Both the position numbers and the translations under genes were made by a program. DNA of 64,000 nucleotides from Felis catus (Eukaryota): assembly GCF_018350175.1 (NCBI RefSeq), contig NC_058368.1, positions 134,294,001 to 134,358,000 on the forward strand, written 5' to 3'. This document shows, piece after piece, positions 38,027-50,924 of the stretch; positions within the stretch are counted from its first letter, which is position 1; the number at the start of each line of letters is the position of its first letter. The notes beneath the pieces are model-generated. The model was not told the DNA's origin. It saw nothing but the letters and a program-made list of their open reading frames with translations, and searched no databases.

Positions 38027-38236
38027 GGGTCACCTGGGTGGCGCTTAGTTGGTTGAGGGTCCGACTTCGGCTCGGGTCATAATCTCACAGTTTGTGAGTT
38101 CGAGCCCTGTGTCGGGCTCTGTGCTGTTAGCCTGTCAGTGCAGAGCCTACCTCAGATCCTCTGTCCCCCTCTTTTTGCCCCTCCCCTGCTTCTGCTCTCT
38201 CCCAAATAAATAAATAGTTAAAACATAAATAAATAA
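38027..38236 (+). mobile_element. Can-SINE
   Basis: Imperfect TSD aaggtatcattgt / aaagtatcactgt. Confidence 0.93.
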
Positions 38237-40237
38237 AAAGTATCACTGTTTAATTGTAACAGGCCGTGGAAATGCATTTTCTTGTGTTCCCAGCATTGTG
38301 GCTGAGGCCCAAAGTAGACATTAAAACCACCAAGAAGCCAATTTACAAGGTCTGGAGGGCAGCCAGCATGGACAGCTGTCCTCCTGAGTCTGAAAGGCTT
38401 ATCAGGGGGTCCCAGAATCAGCTCTGTTACTCCAGCCGCTCTTCCCTCTCTGCACCTGATCGTTATGGCAAGAGGACTGGGTGGTCACATTTACAAAGCC
38501 TAGTCTTCTTGGAGAGAAGCTCTCTTTTACTTTCACACCGGGGTAGTAAGATGGGAGCTTCAGCTTCCCTGAAGCCAGTGCGGCAAGGTCACCCTAGACT
38601 CACCCGTTCAACTGGGAATGCTGCCATTTCATTACCCTGTTAGGCAATGGGGTAGCAGAAGACAACTGGAGAGTAACCATGGAGCCAGGAGAAGAGGCAG
38701 AGACCGAGAAGGCTGTACTCCAACCACCCAGTGTGGCGAGAATGTGTGAGCTGTTTTTAGGCCAAGCACACCAACAAAAGATAGTATGCTGGAGTCCCAC
38801 CAAAGAGGGCAGTGTGAGAGGCCAGAGAGGATCACCAGTGGACGGTGGACCCCCCAGTTGGGGGCTGAAGGAAGGGTTAATGAGAAAGGTTAAGTCACAG
38901 TTGAATCTTCTCACCAGAAACCAGACATTGAGGAGACCCCTCTGTTTCCTTGAGGAACATACATGCTTGGTTTGGGAGACAGGCATCAGCCATGGACGGA
39001 CACCTTGTGAAGACACTGCTGACTGGTCAGTACTGGCAAGAGAGGCAGCAGGAATCTTCCCACAAGAGGACTTCAGCTCTCCCAGAGCAGTCCCCTAGGG
39101 AAAACCGCCTCCTGTTTTTCCTCTCCTGGCCCCTAGACTTAATGGAAAGAGCTGGGGAGAGGAAGCAGAAGTGTGTTAACAGAATAGTTTGTTTCTCATG
39201 GCCCAGACAAGCCTGGCCAGTGCTAGCGAGGAGGAAGAATGCACCCCTTCAATGAGCTTCACACTTTAGTTTTAAGAGGAAAGGAGTGAATATTATATGC
39301 AAGAAAGCATTCATTCATTGCATGAGTATTTATTGATCACCTACTATATGCTAATACTGCTCTGGGTGTATAGAAGGATTAGTAAATAAAATAAAAGCTT
39401 CAGAGGAGACTGGCACAGTCTAATACTGAAAATGATAGGAAAACTAAAAAACCTGGAAAAGATAGCCTAAAAGGAACCACCAACTAGTGGGGAAAGAGAC
39501 AACAAAGTACATTTGATGGATCATTGTTTGAAAAAAAAATCAAAGCCATCTCATGGTTCCATCCCAAGGAGTAGAGACTGTACAAAATGCTGTTTGCCTA
39601 TTTTACCTATTTGACATCTGCATTTAATGGGCACAGGGTGGATGCCAGAGGGAATGAGGTTCACACAGGAAGAAGACTGGCAGCAAGGACAAAGTAGGGA
39701 ATGAGGCAGTCGAGGAAGCAAGAAAGCTAGGATCATTTCTCATTTTTTTGTTAGCCTAACCTTGCAGTCACTGCTGAGAAACCAGATTAGCTCTTAGAGC
39801 TTGAAGAAGCACATCCTTGCCATCCAGCCTTCATGCCACAGTAGCATCATGAGGACCACCTGCATGCAGGATGCTAACCATGAGGGAGGCAAATGTAAAG
39901 GAGGTGTGGATCCTGTCCCAAGAGAGTCTAGCAGCGAAAGAAGATCTACACATAAATTATAATTGCGTTATCACATATTTGCATAATGCTTCATAATTTA
40001 CAAGGTGTTTTCACATACGTTTGATTTTAGAACATCGCTCTCGGGTGGGCCACTCTTTTTTTAGACGAGCAAATCCAAGTTCAGCAAGGTTATGTAAGTT
40101 GACCAAGATGCATAGCTAGCAAGTAGATGTCAAACCACATCTTTGAGTTACAGGTATTATTTCCATGACATCTCACTTCATTCTCAGATTCATAAAAAAC
40201 AGTGTGTGGTAGGTTGTAAATACACAATATTGTCCTA

Positions 40238-40447
40238 GAGAGTGTCGGGAAACTTTTTCACTGAAGTCCAGATAGGAAGTATTTCAGACGTTGTGGGCCA
40301 GAGAGTCTCTGTTACAACTACTCCTAGCTTAGTGTGGAAGAAGTTGTAGACAGCACATCAAGGAATGCGTGTAGCTGTGTGCCAGTGATACGTTATATAT
40401 AAAAACAGGTAGTGGTTCAAATTTGTCCTGTAGTTTATCTGTCTCTG
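40238..40447. mobile_element. MER58A-like hAT MITE
   Basis: GTCGGGAAACTTTTTC...GTCTCTGTTACAACTACTC...GTAGCTGTGTGCCAGT. Confidence 0.7.
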
Positions 40448-40487
40448 CTCTAGAGGGTGATATGAAGACCGGCCCATCTCTCCTTGG

Positions 40488-40669
40488 CACCGGTGTACTT
40501 GTAAATATTTAATAAGTAGATCTCTGGGGGAGGTAGAACTGATTTATAATGTTTGCCCATCTCTGTGTTGTAAATACTCCCTGCATGGCTCATTTCAAGC
40601 TGCCAGCATGAAGCTACTGCATGATGAATTGGCAAGAGGCATATATAAGCCAGCCCCAGCACATCATTG
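40488..40669. mobile_element. MER63A-like hAT MITE
   Basis: TGTAAATACTCCCTGCATGGCTCATTTCAAGCTGCCAGC...CCAGCACATCATTG. Confidence 0.8.
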
Positions 40670-41269
40670 CCTGAGAGAGTCTCTGAAGACTTCTGGGCTT
40701 TGGGTAGGACATCAAAGTGGGTAGGTCATCAGGTGAAGACAGAGTACAGATAGAGGAGAACAAGAGGAACATTGTAAGAATAGACAAGTGTCAAGCAGGA
40801 TCTGAAAATGATGGCCATTTCATTTGGGCTGAAGCACAGGTTAGGAGTAAGGGGTAAAGGCAGGTGGATGATTGGCCACAACAGTTCTAGAGTGCTCACA
40901 TGCTTGAGTGCCAGCCAAAGAGCTTGGACTTGTTGAGTGGGCCCCTGTGGTCTCTGAAGCTTTGTAACCTGAGGACAGTCATGGTCAGAGCTGTATTTTA
41001 TAAAAGATGTCTGTAGCAGTGGTCTGAAATGAGCACCAGAGAAATTGGAGGAAGGGAGGCCTATTAAAAGAAAGAACCATCACTGAGGTTCAAAACAGGT
41101 CAGATAGAAGTGATAGCTTAAAACAGTCAACCAGTTTGGTGAGCAAAGTAGGAGAAAGTAGAATAATTTCCTACCCAGAGTAGTGCAGAGTCTGGTATAT
41201 TCTTTGTCCTGCTTTCTCTCTTGCCTCCAGCCCTTTCTTATTCCTGTTCTTCATAGATTTGCAATAGTC

Positions 41270-41586
41270 CAGTGCATCTCAAATTTGAGAAGGCATCAGA
41301 ATCACCTGGAAGCCTTGTTAAAGGAGGGCTTTGTGATTTGAACCCGCATCTTCTGAATTCCAAGTGTTGTTAGTTCCATGACATCTCACTGCATCCTACT
41401 CTTCATGAAAATCAATGTGTGGTAGTGAGTTTTAAGTAGAAGAACACTGGGCTATGGAGCAGGGCCCCCCCCCCCTAGAGTTTCTGCTTCAGTAAGTCTG
41501 GGGTGAGACCTGAAAATGTGCATTTATAACAAGTTCCTGGTGCTGTTGAAACCGCTGTTTCTGTAACTGCACTTTGAGAAGCACTG
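41270..41586. mobile_element. MER5A interrupted by a ~140 bp insertion
   Basis: CAGTGCATCTCAAA...CATCAGAATCACCTGGAAG | GGGCCCCC...AGAGTTTCTG...CACTTTGAGAAGCACTG. Confidence 0.88.
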
Positions 41587-41699
41587 TTGTGGAAAATACT
41601 CTGACTCTTTGAATATACTCATTACTCAGTCACCTCTAACCCAAGTATGAGTTATTATTCACTCCTTACACTTGTCAGACTGCCCAGTTTTTCCTCATC

Positions 41700-42530
41700 A
41701 TAATAAATCGCATCACATCTCACCAAGTTTTTTTGGCAAGAAGCCTCAAAGTCTTCTTTTTCCCTTCTCCTTTATTCCCCTCCCCTAAGTCATTGAATTG
41801 TGAAGCTCTTACTTCTGTTTACTAAGTGTGTCTTCAGTTTATATACTGTGTTGTAGCCCCACTGCTGCTACCTTAGTTCAGACACCAGCATCTGATGTTT
41901 CATAGGGACCTTCTGGATAGAGCCCTACATGCCTACATGTTCTTCTCTAATGTTCTCCACACTGTGGGCAAGGTGATTTTATAAAACACAAGTCTAATCA
42001 TGTGACTCCTCAGTATAAAGAACTTGTTTTCACTTGCCTTGGTATAAAGCCCCAAATCTGTAACATGGTCTACAAAGCTCTGGGTGACCTGCATGGCCTG
42101 TTTCTCCACACTCGCTTCAGACAACATCCCCTACACTCCCATCACAGTGATAGCCCGTCACCTTTGGAGCCTGTCATTCTTTCTTTGGAAGCTGGGCCTT
42201 TGGCATGCAACCTAGAACACTATTTATTTTTCTTCACCTTTTGTTTGTACAACCCCTGGCTGTTCTTCAAATCTGCTTGGGGGTCCTTCCTTAACAAAGG
42301 GTTGATTTACCCACTAGATGAGGTTAAATAGACTCACTTTACTTGTCTGTGGCAACTATACCTCACTTCCTGATATCCTTGTCAAAATAAAATTACTTCT
42401 CTGAGTGTATGGATTCCCAACTAGAGTCCAAGGTACCTGGAGAGAGAAACCATTTGTCTTGTACATCACCTTATCCCTAGTACTTAGCGCTGTGCCCACT
42501 GCATAACAGAACTCAGGATTTGAGGAATGC
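41700..42530 (+). mobile_element. L2 fragment
   Basis: CTAATCATGTGACTCCTC, TATCCCTAGTACTTAGCGCTGTGCC motifs. Confidence 0.6.
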
Positions 42531-42964
42531 AGTCCTTCCTTCCTTCCTTGCTTCCTCCCTTTATCTTCATTCCCTCTCTTGAATACTACAGAAAACATTA
42601 GTAGTTTCTTACCCAACATTCATTTCCCAGCCTTCTTTGCTAACAGAGCCTTGATTTGTTCAAGTTATTATCTAAAATGTGGCCAGACATGATGAGAACC
42701 TCCTCCCCCCACTTTGGAGAAATTCATTGAGGAGAAAGTTTTTTCAGTTTTTGATGTGGGATTAAAAACAAAGCAGACAGAAACTAAAATAAAAGAGTTA
42801 AAAAGAACAAAACTATTGACTCTCTAATATGAAAGAAACTCACTCATTCATCCATCTACTCATCCAACAGGGATTGCTTCATGTGAAGCAGTGTTTTAGG
42901 CATTGGATACTAGTGTTGAGGAAAAAAAAATAGGATTCTTTCCCTTATAACAAGTAGAAATTGC

Positions 42965-42966
<2 letters not shown>

Positions 42967-43008
<42 letters not shown>
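42967..43008. repeat. (GT)21 microsatellite within antisense L2
   Basis: Direct reading. Confidence 0.95.
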
Positions 43009-43010
<2 letters not shown>

Positions 43011-43404
43011 TGAGAGTGGGCACTGGTATTCCAGACAGAGGGAGAACTGTGTGTAAAAACCTGGAATTGAGAGTCTTCATGATTTGTTGGAAGAACTGAA
43101 AACTCTTCACCTTGGTCAGAGCAGAAAATGAAGTGGGAAATGGTGAGACATGTGGCTTAACAAGTGCATAGAGGAAAATCATGAGGGATTTTTTTGGCCA
43201 TATTAAAGGGATTTATCCTAAGAACAATGGGAAATTTTGGAAGGATTTGAACCAAGTCAAGGAATTGTATGTAATATCCAGGTGGATCCTGTTAGAGATT
43301 AACCTGAAGGATGAGAGAGGAAACAGTGAAAATAGAGGAAATTATGGAAGATCATTCGTCCGGTTGTCCTTAAAGTTTTTTCACCATGGAACACATGAAA
43401 AAAT

Positions 43405-43620
43405 GATTTTTTTTCTTTTTTGTAAGTTCTTTGAGAGAGAGAGGGAGAGAGTGCATGCACCTATGCACTCGAGCAAGGGAGGGGCAGAGAGAGAGGGAGA
43501 GAGAATCCCAAGCAGGCTGCACACTGTCAGCATGGAGCTCAAGCTCACAAACCATCAGATCATGACCTGAGCTGAAACCGAGAGTTGGACACTTAACCAA
43601 CTGAACTACCCAGGTGCCCC
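43405..43620 (-). mobile_element. Can-SINE
   Basis: TSD aaaaatgat. Confidence 0.93.
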
Positions 43621-45977
43621 CCCTCCAAAAATGATGTTTTTCTACATATGGTTTAAACTGGAGGGAATTTGAAGCCTCCAATTAGGTTTCCAGCTGTTGG
43701 AGGGGACAGGCTTGGGGATAGGTTCTAGTAGGCCAGTAGTTTGTTCAACTGACTGAAGAGTATTCAGTATCTAGGCCTTTCTGCACACCTGTAAGCCATT
43801 TTCTGCACATCTGTTGGAAAGCCTCTCTCTCTTAAGACCACTAATGTGAAATGCAAGTAATCTCAAAGACTAGGAGGTGATTTGGCTGATCTGCCACCAA
43901 TTGCTTTTCAACTTCCTCCTACCTTTCTCTCTCTGCCTGGTCCGTTCCTTGTGGCTTCTAGATGACTCAAGGCTTCCAGATACTTGTGACTTTTACATCA
44001 CTTTCTCTACCTCATTTCAACTCTACACAGCCAAACCTCCAGGTACATTCCTTCAGAGCTCTACGTCAAGAAGATGACAGTGGGTACAACAGTGATAAAG
44101 CCAATTAGTTCAGTCACACTAATGTGTAAGACAATACGGTCTTACCCCACCAGAATACCAACACACAGGTGTCAAGAAGGTCATTAATGGGAGATTATAC
44201 CGGTGGGATTTTCTGACAGGAACACACTGAAACAATTGAGGTGAAAAGTAGAGAGGAATTGGGAGAAAGTAGCAAGGATACCCACAGAGCCCCTGACTAA
44301 ACCTTGCTGATAGCAGAGTAATTTGCCAGGTGGATTATGGTGGTGCTTAATTTGCATAAAAAAGGAGCTAGGCCTTGTAGGAGAGTGCGGTGTCTCCAGG
44401 CTGTACCTCCATATTAAACAACACTTTGTAGTCAGAGCATTTGTTTCATCAAAAGCCTTCCTGGAGAGCTTTAACAAGCGTTTAGTAATTAAATTTCAAA
44501 ATATCCCTATGAAGCAGGCAGCGCACTATTTATCTGCCTTGTTCAGAAGGAAACCTACTGAGATAGGAAGAGGTCAAAAGACTTGTGACAGAGGATGTCA
44601 CCAGAAGGCTGGCTTCTTCATCTCTGGGTTTCACACACATCTGATGGGAGGTGATGATTCAGTTCGGTAAATGCCTCCATGAAAGCCAGTAATGCGTCTG
44701 AAAAGATTAAGGACATCAGTTGGGTGAGCAGACTGATGTTTCACTAATTCTGTACACCAGTGAATCTCTGACTTCAATGACATTAAATCCATCACTAGCT
44801 GCCTGCAAAGTTTTTACATAGCCAGGGCCCTGATATGTGGACAATCTCGGTCAATTTGCCTGACTAGGACCAGGCATTTTCTCCCCTGGAGCTCCATTTC
44901 ATTTCTTGGAGATATTTTCCTCCCTAAAAGTAGACAGCAGAACTTCCCTTGACCAGAATCACTAAGAGAGGGGTGTTTTTAGTCTTCTCCTCAACTTTCT
45001 CAGCACACGTTCCCCAACTTGTGCCATTGGCTTGATGAGCAATGTATAAGCTAAACAGCAGCATGTATGGCTTGTCCAGGGTCAGTTGAAGATTCCTAAT
45101 CCTACTTTTATGTGTTACTGAGGTGGAGAAACTCTCTGTAGCTTTGCTACTGAAGGCACCTCATGTGTGAAGAAAATTGTGCCCAGTACTCACTGCTACC
45201 AATCATGTTGTGGCAACAGGGGCTAGTGATGAGGGATTTGAAGGAGATAGCTCCTTATCTCCTTCACAAAGCAGTCTGTTTCCCTGAGCTTACACCTGGA
45301 AATGGCAAATTTACTATTCTTACCAGTATGATTCAGAAGCCAGGGTTTCTAGAATCTCCAGTTTGTTTAACTCTTGCCATCTCTATCCCATAGAACTTCC
45401 TTGAGAACATAGAGACTAAGCATACTTGTTCCCTGGGCCAGGTGACCACACTCCCCATTCCATGGCACGTGACAGGTCGCGATGGGGTTTTGAAGAGGCT
45501 TTGAGGACCCATCTTGTGGAAGGGGGTGCTCCCCTGTAGCCTTTTTCTGTGCAATTTTAAAAGCAGCTGTAGTAATTTACTATAAACTTCCCACAGGGCT
45601 TTTGAACCTCAGAAGTAGGTTGCATGATTTTACAACAGCAGGGATGTGTCGCTTCTGAAACTCACCTACCATAGCATATGTAATAGTGATGGGGATTTTG
45701 CGAGATTCATGTCTGCCTCTCCAGAAAGGCAGTGAATTGTTCTAACCAGACCATATGACCTTGCTGCTTTGAGATTGCTTAAGAGGGAGCGAGGTTTTTC
45801 TAATGGGATTTAACTCCTTCTCCACCTTCTATAACTCATGCCTCGGTGTTTATACAGTTTTCTGCACACACACACATTCCTCTTTCTCCCATGTGGACTC
45901 ACCCCTTGGAGGTTTGAGGCTTCTGGAACATGGGAGCCCCTTCCTCACCTTGGTGCCTCCACCCAGTCTCTCTAACC

Positions 45978-46185
45978 CAGTGGTTGTCCACCAAGGGCGA
46001 TTTTGGCCATATTCCTCAGAAGACGTTGGTAATGTCTGGAGACCTTTTGATTGTTGCACCTGCTACTAGCATCCAACAGGTAGGGGTCAGGGTAACACTC
46101 TGGTTAACACCCTGAACAGGACAGCTGCCCACACAAAGAATCATCTAGCCCAACATGCTCACAATGCTGAGGTTGAGAGACCATG
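45978..46185. mobile_element. MER20 hAT-Charlie MITE
   Basis: CAGTGGTTGTCCACCAAGGGCGATTTTG...AATGTCTGGAGAC...TGCTGAGGTTGAGAGACCATG. Confidence 0.9.
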
Positions 46186-47079
46186 GTGTGAGCAATGACC
46201 GCCTCCTTACTCTGTCCACAGTCCGTGATGTAGACTTTCTCATGCTGTCCCCCACTTCTCCTGTTTCAGATGAGGTGATCCCCTACACCCCTCCCCACCT
46301 CATGAGCCCTTCTTTCTCAGGGCTCCACTCCTTTGTGCATACTCCTTTTTCTCTTGCATTCTTCATTTTTTCTTCTCTAATTCCTCCTTTCCTTTGTCTA
46401 TAAATATGGAGCAGTTTTTCCTAACTTAGTAGGAATCCACAAAATAGGTAGTAGATGACGGATGACTCAAAAACCCTTCTCTAAACCCCCTGAAGTACAC
46501 CCTCTTTCTTTTTTACTGCAAGATTTCTCATATGACTAGACACGCCTTCTTCCCTCTGTTCTTCCCCGTCCCTATTTTTTATTCTGGATTCTTCTACCTC
46601 TGTCCTTTATAAGGCTTTAACTTCAATTTCAGGCTTCTCTAGGTTCAGCATTGTTAACCACTCACTTTTTCATGAAGTTCTCTTCTTCCTTGTTTGCAGC
46701 GCGTGCATTTACCTACATCTGAAGCCGCTCTGCTGTTTCTCTTTAATAATTGGTAATGGATGATACACTTGCAAAATTCAGAATTTTTTTAAACTGAATT
46801 TTCTTGCCACATGGTGTCAATAACACAACTCTCAGCATCTGATGTGTGAATAGTGAGTTGGCAACAGGTTTTGGGTAGCATTAAAAATCTCTTTCAACAA
46901 CATCTCTGTAAATCACAAAATGCTGTCCCTGCCTTTGAGCCTCACTTTCTACAGCAAAATGGGGTGGTAAAAGCTTACCATGGTCACCTCTCCACCTTTT
47001 ACAGCCACATCCCTTCTTCACATCTGATTGGCTCATATTAGACTACCCATTCATTCATTAGTATGACTTCAGCTTTCAC

Positions 47080-47102
47080 TTTTTAAAAAATGTTTATTTA
47101 TT

Positions 47103-47150
<48 letters not shown>

Positions 47151-47288
47151 CAAAGAGAGAGACAGAGAATCCCAAGCAGGCTCCAAGCTGTCAGCACAGA
47201 GACTGGCTCAGGGCTTGAATTCACGAACCGTGAAATCATCACCTGAGCAGAAGTTGGACATTTAACTGACTGAGACACCAGGTGCCCC
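47080..47288 (-). mobile_element. Can-SINE with long (GA)n
   Basis: Antisense body ending CAGGTGCCCC. Confidence 0.93.
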
Positions 47289-47834
47289 TTTAGTTTTTAC
47301 TTTTATATGGATGAATCCCATAACCAAATACCCAACTATAGAATTTCTAGAAATTACCTGACCTAACAGACTTATGGTGTGATCTTTGGATTTTTGCTGG
47401 CCTCTGTAGTAGGCATAGCCAGACTGGTCTACCCATTGGATGGGCTCTTGCTGAGGTATGACTGGCCCCTTCAGTTTTTTTGGAGTGTTCTTCTGGCATT
47501 CAAGGTCCTGGATGCACTGTGGATTTTCTGTCCGCAGAGGCTTCTTCCGTCCTTCCCTGAACCTTCACCATTGTCTAGTTTCTCTCAGAGCATCTGCGTC
47601 TCCTCATGGAGCACACAGGGACTTCTGAGGCTCCTTCACATCCCACACAGAGTGTGGTCTGCTGAAATGCTCTTGCATCATTTTCCCTTCTGCTGCCTTC
47701 TCCAATATTGTCACTTCTGTGTTAGCTTTTTGTTGGTGCCAAACTGTAGGCTGGGGTTCCTCTAGGGGTTACACACGACTCTTCACTGTGACTAGGAAGG
47801 CCGGCCAGGAACTCCTAATGTCAATCATCTTCTG

Positions 47835-48071
47835 TTTCTTTTTTTTAAGTTTATATATTTATTTTGAGAGAGAGAGAGAGAGGAAGAGAGAGAGAGAGAG
47901 AGAGAGAGAAACAGAGCATGGAGCAGGGGAGGGGCGGGGAGAGAGAGAGAATCCCAAGCAGGTTCCATGCTGTCTGCACAGAACCCAAGGTGATCCCACA
48001 AATTGTGAGATCATAACCTGACCCAAAAGCAAGAGTCAGACACTTAACTGACTGAGCCACCTGGATGCCCC
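47835..48071 (-). mobile_element. Can-SINE
   Basis: Antisense body ending CTGGATGCCCC. Confidence 0.93.
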
Positions 48072-48507
48072 GGTCTTCTACTGTGTCTTAAGTTTCTTCC
48101 CCTACCTCCCTTTCACCCCTGAATCCCCAACATTGAGGCACAGAGGAGGGATGGGAAGGAGGAAATCCAGTCATGCAGTTCCATTCGTAACTTTACTTTC
48201 TCCTTTTCCACACTGTTCCTCAGATAAAATAAAAACAAACCAAACTAAACTAAGTTTCCAGGATTTTCTTTTTGTGTCTCTTTGCCTTTCCTGACATGGA
48301 GTAAGTACAATAGCCTCCACACCACCTGGGAGGTTGGTTTGGTCCAGGCTATTCTTGCCCTTGGTAATTGAACTCTCTTTTCTGAATGCCTATAACACTT
48401 TTAGCCTGTAACACTCACAGATGATGCATTGTTGTATTGTTAATTACATCATGTCCCATCTCCTACCTCCACAGCTTGGTTGCAAGACTTTCAAGGTCTC
48501 TGACCCT

Positions 48508-49185
48508 CGTGATATTATATAGTGAGATATCTGGCCTTTGTCCCAGTTGCTGGCACAGAACTCCTAAAATGCTTGAAGTTTTCTAAGTGCTAAGTGTGAT
48601 GGGAGCACCTTTTGTTCTCAAGAACTATAGATTGAGTTAATCACCAATGACTAATAATTTAATCAGTCATGCCTACGTAAGGAGACCTTTTTAAGAAACC
48701 CTAAATGATGAGATTTGGGAGCTTCTGGGTTGGTGAACACATTGATGTGTTGGTGGATGGCACACCTCCATGCCTTGCCATATAAGTCTCTTCCATTTGG
48801 CTCTTCCTGAGTTGTACGTTTTACTAAAAACTGGTAAATGTTGGCAAAGTGTGTTCCTGCATTCTGTAAACCATTCTAGCAAACTCAATAATAATTGAGC
48901 CTGAGGGAAGAGGTTATGGGAAATCCCAATTTGTAACCATTTGGTCTGAAATATGGAAGTCCTGGGATTTGCACCTGGCATCCGAAGCAGGGGGACGATC
49001 TTGTTGGACTGAGCCCTTAACATGCGGAATCTGTGCTAACTCTGGATGGGTAGTGTCAGAATTTAATTGAAATGTCGGACACCCAGTTGGTGTCTGGAGA
49101 ATCAGAGAATTGGTTGCTGTGAGGGGAAGAAAGAAGACCCTCTTGTTCAGTGTCAGAAGTGTAAAAATGAGTAAAATAGCTCACT
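48508..49185 (+). mobile_element. MER21C-like ERVL solo LTR
   Basis: AATCACCAATG...AATCAGTCATGCCTACGTAA, GAGCTTCTGGGTTGGTGAACAC, GGACTGAGCCCTTAAC, TAGTGTCAGAATT...CACCCAGTTGGTGTC. Confidence 0.88.
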
Positions 49186-50256
49186 GTCACATCTGTCTTT
49201 GCGTTCCCCAGGCCAAGGAGTATACTGTGTGTTTCAGTAGTTTTGATAGATTCTCTCGTAGTGTCAAAGAAAATGCTTTGAATCAGTGGGGGCAAGTGGT
49301 CATATTGTGATTCATTTTGAGTTGAAACTCAAGGAAAAGGGTCAGAAACTACTGGTCAGATTCTCACATGGGGTTCCTTCCTCCTCTACTGATGGAGGTT
49401 GTTGCATTTCATTTAAATCCAGGTGCTTAGTTCCTAAGTGGAGGTCTTAATTCCTTTTTAATTCTTCAGTAAGTGAAGGTCATGGTATTTTTGGGTTCAG
49501 TTGGCTCATGCAGGATTCATGAGTAAGATATTGAACCTCTGTTTTATAAGTTCAGTACCCTGCAAATGTGGATTAGAAGGACCAAATATGGGGAGATAGG
49601 AGATATCCTAATAATGTGTAAGTGACGAGTCCAAACCATGATTTTGAGTGAAACTCTCTCTGACATGGTAAGTTACACGTTGTTTAAAGACTATTATTGC
49701 CTTAGTTTATGATAAAACTGGTTTTAAAAACTGTTGAAGCTGTTGGCTGATGATGCATTCCTTCCAGAGATGAAATTTACCCCCAGAGTGAATTGCAATA
49801 AAGACACAGTACCAGCCATTTGATGTATCGCTAGTGAACTTGCAGTAAGCTGGATGTCACTTGAAACCTCTTCCATGGGAACCACATGAGCTATCGATTG
49901 TTTACCTCTGCCATACCTCTAACAGTTAGATATTTCCTTGATTGCCCAAAGAGGAAGATGTGGAGATAAATTGTCTGTTTACTGAGATATATAAAACTAA
50001 TATTCTCTCTTTCCTTGTCCTTGCTTCTGCCATCCAGCTATATGTTCCTGTGAGGTCTCCCCAGCTAACTCACCAATAATTCCATGTATGGAAGGAAGAC
50101 AGATAAGGGTAACTGGATTTGGTGTAAGTAATTGCATTTCACTTTCTTCTCTGAGTCCCTCTCTATCAGTTGGATCCAAATGAATATAAAGTCTGTGAAT
50201 TCATTAGAAACCCCACGTGGTGGCCATCTGTTAACAGATATAATGATTGGCTCACT

Positions 50257-50785
50257 CAGTGGTGTCAGTACGACCGTGGTCTCCAGAACAGCCGCTTCGG
50301 TATCATCCAAGAGCTGGTTAGGAATTCAGAGTCTCAGGCCCCATTTCACACCGACTGAGTCGTAAAGTCTTAGCCATCAGTGTTGTAACAAACTCTGTGA
50401 GCAATTCTGATTCACACTAACATTTGAGGACTCCTGCATTACATCTTTGCTACTCAAAGTGTCATCAGCAGAAGCATTGACATCACCCAACGACTTGTAC
50501 AACTGCAGAATCTTGGACCCCAAGTCAGACCAACTGAATCCAATTCCGCATTTTTATAAAATACCCAGAATGTTCATATGTACAGTGAAGCTTGAGAAAC
50601 CATGCCCAGTATCTGGTTCAACACTGCACATTGGAATCACCTGTGGTGTTTTTGTAACCAAACCAAAAACAAAACATAGGAAGCCCCAGAGATTTACATT
50701 TACTTGATATGAGGAATAGTCTGGGTATTTGGACTCTTAAAGCTCCCCACATTGTTCTCATATGCAGCAAAGTTTGAGAACCATG
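50257..50785. mobile_element. Three abutting MER5-family MITEs (50257-50436, 50445-50604, 50607-50785)
   Basis: Each ends in a TTGAG(A/G)A..C.TG-like TIR; internal GCAGAATCTTGGACCCC and CACATTGGAATCACCTG motifs. Confidence 0.75.
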
Positions 50786-50924
50786 GCCTTATGTCATACT
50801 AGCGCCTGGGAAACCAAATATTGTATGTTTCAACTATTTTATGTTTTCAGATGACCTAACTTCCACCAAGTAATGGTATTTGAATATGATTTGGAAGGCA
50901 TGTGTGAAGCAGAGTCAGACTCTG

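Noticed and set aside
46680..46760. Acceptor ttcttccttgtttgcag with weak gtaatg donor
   Set aside because: Weak donor, unrecognised peptide, expected by chance
47360..47810. Possible ancient LTR
   Set aside because: Could not match it to a family from memory
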